From Spirochaetia bacterium (lineage in GTDB: Bacteria; Spirochaetota; Spirochaetia; SZUA-6; Bin103): DNA of 64,000 nt. Positions 59,102-64,000 of this stretch are shown in pieces. Within the stretch, counting starts at the first letter, position 1. Each line of letters begins with the position of its first letter. The stretch spans positions 1,728,001 to 1,792,000 of the forward strand of contig CBDATQ010000001.1 of assembly GCA_965199955.1 (NCBI GenBank). Reading direction: 5' to 3'. The notes below the pieces were generated by a model. The model saw only the letters and a list, made by a program, of their open reading frames with translations, did no database searches and was not told the DNA's origin. Made by a program: the position numbers and the translations under genes.

Positions 59102-59635
59102 ATGCCGCCGGACTTCAAGGCAGCCGGCCCGCATCGGCTGCGGGACGGGACGACGGTCACGTTGCGCAGGGCGCGGGCGGCCGACACCGACCGGTTCGTC
59201 GAGTACTTCGACGGGTTGTCCGAGCGTAGCCGCTACTTCTTCCGTCCGTTCGCGTTCGATCGGGCGAGCGCCGAGTCGGTCACGGGCAACCTCGACTCGC
59301 CGGAGTGGTACCGCATCGTCGCCACCGTCGAGAACAGGGGACGCGAAGCGATCGTCGGCTACGCGTGGCTGCAGGGCCTCGGCGGTCCCGATGTGCCCAT
59401 GCTCGGGATCGGACTCGTCGACGCCTGGCACGAGCGCGGCATCGGCCGGCTGCTGCTCCGCGCCCTGCTCGACGTGGGCCGCGGAATGGGTTTGCAGGCG
59501 ATCCGGCTGGGCGTCAACGACGACAATCCACGCGCCATTCACGTCTACGAGTCGGTCGGCTTCCGGCACGATCCGACCAAGCCGCCGCAGGACCGCGGCA
59601 CGCACCAGCAGCTCTACATGACCTGCGAGCTGTGA
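59102..59635 (+). CDS. GNAT family N-acetyltransferase
   Basis: WHERGIGRLLL and NPRAIHVYESVGF. Confidence 0.88.
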   Translation: MPPDFKAAGPHRLRDGTTVTLRRARAADTDRFVEYFDGLSERSRYFFRPFAFDRASAESVTGNLDSPEWYRIVATVENRGREAIVGYAWLQGLGGPDVPMLGIGLVDAWHERGIGRLLLRALLDVGRGMGLQAIRLGVNDDNPRAIHVYESVGFRHDPTKPPQDRGTHQQLYMTCEL

Positions 59636-59666
59636 GCGGCTACCGCGCCGTCGCCGGGCAGCGAGC

Positions 59667-59702
59667 TTGACATAATTATAAAACCGGTTATATGGTTTTT
59701 AT
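59667..59702 (+). promoter_or_regulatory. Sigma70-type promoter with overlapping putative ArsR operator
   Basis: TTGACA 59667-59672; TATGGT 59691-59696, 6 nt before ATG; imperfect inverted repeat ATAAAACC...GGTTTTTAT. Confidence 0.7.
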
Positions 59703-60515
59703 ATGCAGAATCGCTCGATGGACGAGCATCAAGCCGCGAACCGACTTGGCGCACTGGGGAATCTGACTCGGCTGCGTCTCTATCGACTCCTCGTGCGGGC
59801 CGGAGCGCAGGGGCTGAACATTGGCGATCTGCAAAGACTGCTCGATGTGGCGCCGTCCACGCTGGCTCATCACCTGGCGTCTCTGGTTCGCGCAGGACTC
59901 GTCCGGCAGGAACAACGGGGACGCGAGGTGTTCTCGCGTACGGACTATGCCGTCATGGACGGGTTGGTTGACTTCATCAGGAAGGAGTGCTGCACCGGCT
60001 TCGCAAACAGCGATACGAAGTCGGACCGGGACCGGCACCCGAAGGAGAACGGAATGTCTCGATTACAGCTTGCCATCAACGTGACCGATCTCGATGAGGC
60101 AATCGAGTTTTACTCACGGATGTTCGACGCGCGGCCCGCCAGGGTGAAGCCGGGCTATGCGAACTTCGCGATCGCGGAGCCGCCCTTGAAGCTGGTGCTC
60201 TTCGAAGGGCCTGAGGGCGCTACGATCAATCACCTTGGCGTCGAAGTGGAAACGGCCCAGGAGGTGACGTCCGCCGAACGGCGGCTCAACGCCGCCGGTC
60301 TGGAGACCACCGGCGTCGATGAGACCGTCTGCTGTTACGCAGAGAAGGCGGAGACCTGGGTCGTCGACCCCGATGGCGCGCGCTGGGAGTGGTACGTGAA
60401 ATCGGGCGACGCCGAGCAGATGCACAACACCGTAGTACGCAGCCATCCGCGCGGCGCGGAGACCGGTCCGGACGTCGGGCCATGTTGTCCCGATTCCGAG
60501 GCATGCTGTTCGTGA
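59703..60515 (+). CDS. ArsR/SmtB repressor fused in frame to an ArsI/CadI-type VOC enzyme
   Basis: ALGNLTRLRLYRLL...STLAHHL...KECC, then MSRLQLAINV...NHLG...CCYA...WEWY with no stop between; internal AAGGAG before ATG 60054. Confidence 0.85.
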   Translation: MQNRSMDEHQAANRLGALGNLTRLRLYRLLVRAGAQGLNIGDLQRLLDVAPSTLAHHLASLVRAGLVRQEQRGREVFSRTDYAVMDGLVDFIRKECCTGFANSDTKSDRDRHPKENGMSRLQLAINVTDLDEAIEFYSRMFDARPARVKPGYANFAIAEPPLKLVLFEGPEGATINHLGVEVETAQEVTSAERRLNAAGLETTGVDETVCCYAEKAETWVVDPDGARWEWYVKSGDAEQMHNTVVRSHPRGAETGPDVGPCCPDSEACCS

Positions 60516-60754
60516 CGGGTGCGCTCGGAGCGTCAGGCGTCAACTCGGCGCGCGGACGACTGTGCGGTACAGCTCCCCGTTTGTGGCCACCTGCTGTTCC
60601 GCTTCAACCAGAACGTGATCGCCTCCATCGAGGCCGGCCGCGCATTCGTCGAGGGAACAACCCCGGTGCGTGAATCACATCGGCTCCTGTCGTTGCCAGA
60701 AGGATAGTTCACCTTCCGCCCCTGCTTTTTCATGCGTTCAATGATTCGGCTTGG

Positions 60755-62323
60755 TCAACGCAGCTCGAAGGAGAACAGGGTGGCGCAGCGCAGCCGGAAG
60801 CGGATTGTCAGGGGCTGATCCGTATCACGCGCGATCTCGGCGCGGCCGTTCCAGCGGATTGTGTGATCGAGCGAGTCGCCCAGCACCGGGTCGGCGTCGG
60901 CGAAGCTGTGGCCGGGCAGGGGCTGGCGGTCTCGGCCGGCCAGCTCGACCAGCACGTGGCCGGCGGCCCGAACGCGGGCGTTGAGCCGCAGGGTCGAGCC
61001 CGCGGTGATGAGCGGCAGCGTGGCGAAGGCGCCCTCGTCGTCCGCCTGGATGCCGCCCAGCCGCTCGCGTGGCCAGATCGCCAGCGCCTCCGTGCGCCGG
61101 AACGAGTGGCGGTTGCGCGGGTACTTGTGCGGCTGCGGATAGCCGCCGTAGGGGAGGGCGACCTGGTCGGAGCCCAGCGGGATCAGGTCGGTGCCGCCGA
61201 ACACGCAGCCGGCGTCCCACGGCTCCGGGCCGGCGTCGAGCACGGAGCCGCCCGGCACCTCGTTCCAGACGATGCCGTCGGGGCTCGCGTACAGCAGCAG
61301 CTCCGACGTGTCGTCGTGATGGTGGTAGAGCGCCGGGAACATCAGGTGCTGGTCGACCGTGCCCGGATAGATGGTCTTCGAGTTGGTGTACCAGTCGTCG
61401 GAGGGGCGCCTCTCGCTGGTCGGCCAGACCAGCATCTCCGGCCCCGGCCAGCGGCGGAAGTCGTCGGTCTCCGCGCGGCCGATGCAGCGCCGGCCGTAGA
61501 ACCAGTTGCAGCGCGCGTACCAGACGTAGCGCTGCAGCCGCCGGTCGTAGTACACGACGTTGGTGGTGTCGCTGTAGTGGATGACCAGCGGTCCCGGCAG
61601 CGCCGTCCAGGCGATCCCGTCCGGGGAGACGGCGCCCCACATGCCGGACAGGTGGCTCAGATCGTTTCCCAACGGATAGAAGGCCTCGGGACGCTCGCGG
61701 AGGAAGCGCTCGGCCACGGCCCGCCGCTCCAGCTCGGTGCCGGGTATCCCGCCGCGGAAGAACATCTTGAACCGCTCGTCGTCCGGCGCCGACGGGTCCA
61801 GGAAGATCTCGGTGCGCTCCAGGCCGGCGACGCCCGGCGCGGCACTGAAGTCGAACGTGCATTCGGTGTCGCCGTGCCACTCGTAACCGTCCGCGGACTC
61901 GGCGTAGTGAATGGGCCGCGACGCCTCGTTCTCGCCCGTGGAGTACCAGGTGCGATACCGCCCGCCGTCATCGATGATCCGCGCGCCCGGCGCCGCTCCG
62001 TACGGCAGCGGGTCGCTCTTGCGGCCCGGCTCGCGCACGATGCGGATGCCGTGCGGCGTGTCGCGCGGCACGAAGCGCGCAGCGAAGGGTTTGTCGGCGC
62101 GGTCCGGATCCTTCCAGAGCCGGAGCTTCATGGGCGTGCCGTCCGGCTCGGCCCAGTACGGCCCGACCAACCCAACCTCGCCCGGCAGCACGTACCTCCA
62201 GTCCAGGAACAGGTGCGGCCCCGGAGCAAGCTGCAGCTCGCCTCCCTCCATCCACGGCGTCCCGGCCCGCCGCGCCACTGCCTTGGCTCTGGTTCCGAGC
62301 GCCATCGGGTCGTCGTCCATCAT
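60755..62323 (-). CDS. Uncharacterised beta-propeller glycosidase-like protein
   Basis: YAESADGYEW, SPDGIAW, SDTTNVVYYD and C-terminal LRLNA...IRFRL beta-sandwich-like tail. Confidence 0.65.
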   Translation of the reverse strand: MMDDDPMALGTRAKAVARRAGTPWMEGGELQLAPGPHLFLDWRYVLPGEVGLVGPYWAEPDGTPMKLRLWKDPDRADKPFAARFVPRDTPHGIRIVREPGRKSDPLPYGAAPGARIIDDGGRYRTWYSTGENEASRPIHYAESADGYEWHGDTECTFDFSAAPGVAGLERTEIFLDPSAPDDERFKMFFRGGIPGTELERRAVAERFLRERPEAFYPLGNDLSHLSGMWGAVSPDGIAWTALPGPLVIHYSDTTNVVYYDRRLQRYVWYARCNWFYGRRCIGRAETDDFRRWPGPEMLVWPTSERRPSDDWYTNSKTIYPGTVDQHLMFPALYHHHDDTSELLLYASPDGIVWNEVPGGSVLDAGPEPWDAGCVFGGTDLIPLGSDQVALPYGGYPQPHKYPRNRHSFRRTEALAIWPRERLGGIQADDEGAFATLPLITAGSTLRLNARVRAAGHVLVELAGRDRQPLPGHSFADADPVLGDSLDHTIRWNGRAEIARDTDQPLTIRFRLRCATLFSFELR

Positions 62324-62398
62324 GCCACCTCGTCAACTTTCCTGCAGGCAGCATGGCCTCGGCATACGGTGGCGGCAAGCGGCCACGCCGGGGCTGGA

Positions 62399-62434
62399 GG
62401 TAATGGGTCAGTTTGATTGAACTGACCCACTACC
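62399..62434. repeat. Near-perfect 36-bp palindrome, probable IS-end footprint
   Basis: GGTAATGGGTCAGTTTGA|TTGAACTGACCCACTACC. Confidence 0.75.
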
Positions 62435-62449
62435 GGGGGCTGGACGGCC

Positions 62450-62464
62450 ATCTCGTTATGAGAT
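62450..62464 (+). promoter_or_regulatory. Putative higBA operator
   Basis: ATCTC-gttat-GAGAT inverted repeat between TGGACG and TACTGT upstream of higB. Confidence 0.5.
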
Positions 62465-62483
62465 ACTGTCGTACCAGGAACGC

Positions 62484-62771
62484 GTGCATGTCATCACTCG
62501 GCGCCGGTTGAACGAGTTCGCGCAGGAGCACCCCGAATGCGGGTCTTCGTTGGCCGCCTGGTACCGAGTCGTGAAGCACACGGATTTCGCCTCGTTTGCG
62601 GATGTTCGGAGGGTGTTCCCCGGCGCCGATCACGTCGGGAGATTCACGGTATTCAATATCGGAGGAAACAAGGTGCGGCTCATTGCCGCGATCCATTACA
62701 ACCGCAAGAAGGTCTACATACGCCACGTGCTCACGCACGCTCAGTATGACCGAGGAACCTGGAAGGAGTAG
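62484..62771 (+). CDS. higB: HigB toxin
   Basis: HVITRRRL, VFNIGGNKVRLI and LTHAQYD. Confidence 0.92.
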   Translation: MHVITRRRLNEFAQEHPECGSSLAAWYRVVKHTDFASFADVRRVFPGADHVGRFTVFNIGGNKVRLIAAIHYNRKKVYIRHVLTHAQYDRGTWKE

Positions 62772-62774
62772 CCG

Positions 62775-63179
62775 ATGATTGCCGAGTTGGAACGACTGTC
62801 AGCGGTATGGACACCGATCAGCGAAGTCTTGTCCGTTCCTCACACCGAAGCCGAATACCGGCGAATCAGCGCCCTTCTCGACCTCGTGGTCGACGAAGTG
62901 GGGGAGCATGACTCGCATCCGCTGGCCTCCATGATGGAGACGCTGGGCACACTGGTTGATGCCTACGAGCGGGAACACGTCAGGGAGTTGCCAAGTAGCC
63001 CTGTCGCCGTCATTCGGCTCTTGATGGAGGAACATGGGTTGAACCAGTCCGATCTGCCGGAGGTCGGCAGTCAGGGTGTGGTATCGGAGATTCTGCGCGG
63101 GAGACGGCACCTCAACGTCCGCCAGGTGAGAGCGCTCAGCGAGCGGTTCGAAGTCTCCCCGGCGGTGTTTATCGAATAA
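62775..63179 (+). CDS. higA: HigA antitoxin (HTH)
   Basis: LMEEHGLNQSDLPEVGSQGVVSEILRGRR. Confidence 0.92.
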   Translation: MIAELERLSAVWTPISEVLSVPHTEAEYRRISALLDLVVDEVGEHDSHPLASMMETLGTLVDAYEREHVRELPSSPVAVIRLLMEEHGLNQSDLPEVGSQGVVSEILRGRRHLNVRQVRALSERFEVSPAVFIE

Positions 63180-63254
63180 GGGCTCTGCTCGAGAGGCCGA
63201 CCGCGCCACTCAGAAGGTCCTGGCGGGCGTTTCAGACCGGAGCCGCTCGACTCT

Positions 63255-63283
63255 TTGACACCTCGCGCGCGCGATGCCAGCAT
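63255..63283 (+). promoter_or_regulatory. Putative sigma70 promoter of the solute-binding protein gene
   Basis: TTGACA-17 nt-CAGCAT with TG extension. Confidence 0.45.
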
Positions 63284-63333
63284 CCGGCATCCCATCCCCT
63301 CGCCGTATGAGGCGAGCCTCTCAAGGAGCAATC

Positions 63334-64000
63334 GTGAAGCGCATCCTGTTCATCATTCCGTTGCTGTTGCTGGCGAGTCTGTTCGCGACCGCCCAGGATC
63401 GGCCTGAAAAGCTCGTGTACCTGACACCGCCGTGGGGCGCCCCGTCCGACGAGGTCGTTGCGCTCTTCGAGGAGCGGTCCGGCATCGACCTGGAGGTCGC
63501 CACGGTGGACATCAACACGTCCCGCGACCGCGTGCTGACCGCGACGGCGGGCAGGACCAATCCCGCCGACGTGATCTTCGTGAGCGCGGACACCTTCGCC
63601 GCGTTCCAGAGCGCGGGAGCGATCGCGGCCCTGGACGACCTGGCTCCGGCCGACATGCTCGGCGGCCTCGCCGGCGTCGACCAGTTCGTTCTGGACGGCG
63701 TCCTGTGGGCCGTGCCGCTCTACCAGCAGATGGTGATGATCGACTACGACACCACCTCGCTCGACGCGATCGGCCTGACCGCCGCGGACATCGCCACCTG
63801 GGACGACTTCGAGGCGGCGCTGCTGGCCATGAAGGAGCAGGGGCTGTACGAGTATCCCTACGCCGCCGGCATCCGTCCCTGGACCTGGTACCTGATCGCG
63901 CTGTCCTCGGGGTCGGAGCTGTTCGACGCGGACAACGATCCCGTGTTCGACGATCCGTCCGACCCGGGCCATGCCGCGTTCGTGCGGGTGATCGACTGGT
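63334..64000 (+). CDS. ABC transporter solute-binding protein, 5' part (runs off window)
   Basis: AAGGAG RBS; signal peptide VKRILFIIPLLLLASLFA; FEERSGIDLEV, LWAVPLY and TWDDF. Confidence 0.85.
   Translation, partial: MKRILFIIPLLLLASLFATAQDRPEKLVYLTPPWGAPSDEVVALFEERSGIDLEVATVDINTSRDRVLTATAGRTNPADVIFVSADTFAAFQSAGAIAALDDLAPADMLGGLAGVDQFVLDGVLWAVPLYQQMVMIDYDTTSLDAIGLTAADIATWDDFEAALLAMKEQGLYEYPYAAGIRPWTWYLIALSSGSELFDADNDPVFDDPSDPGHAAFVRVIDW

Noticed and set aside
60519..60707. Small ORF after arsR-arsI as a possible ars operon member
   Set aside because: No RBS, no recognisable Ars family motif; probably a scrap or non-coding
1..64000. CRISPR array, rRNA, tRNA or integron attC array
   Set aside because: No regularly spaced repeats, cas genes, integrase or recognisable RNA genes seen by eye; a covariance-model scan was not possible

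Overview
GC-rich bacterial chromosomal segment. The spirochaete-like signal peptides of the ABC solute-binding proteins and the gene content suggest a host-associated or marine heterotroph, but the taxonomy is only an inference. The window is dominated by catabolic genes: a carbohydrate ABC transporter, a GH29 fucosidase, a sulfatase, four BNR/sialidase-fold proteins, two each of UxuA-like dehydratases, enolase-superfamily enzymes, DHDPS-family lyases, aldo-keto reductases and PhyH dioxygenases, a hydantoinase A/B pair and a nitrilase. Three apparently intact toxin-antitoxin pairs (VapBC, MNT-HEPN, HigBA) are interspersed. A lower-GC island (about 33.0-41.1 kb) holds a decayed Gabija-like defence pair (OLD-family ATPase/TOPRIM nuclease plus UvrD-like helicase). 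The helicase is split by an IS1634 element with a 6-bp target duplication, and an IS66 element with an 8-bp duplication lies upstream. A second decayed ATPase/partner module is at 29.3-30.8 kb. The most unusual observations are: a head-to-head pair of paralogous unknown proteins sharing overlapping -10 boxes; two members of a second unknown family; an in-frame ArsR-ArsI fusion; two 36-bp palindromes resembling abutted IS ends; an 18-G tract filling a 5' UTR; many apparently leaderless genes; and numerous short gene scraps between intact genes. No rRNA, tRNA or CRISPR array was seen.
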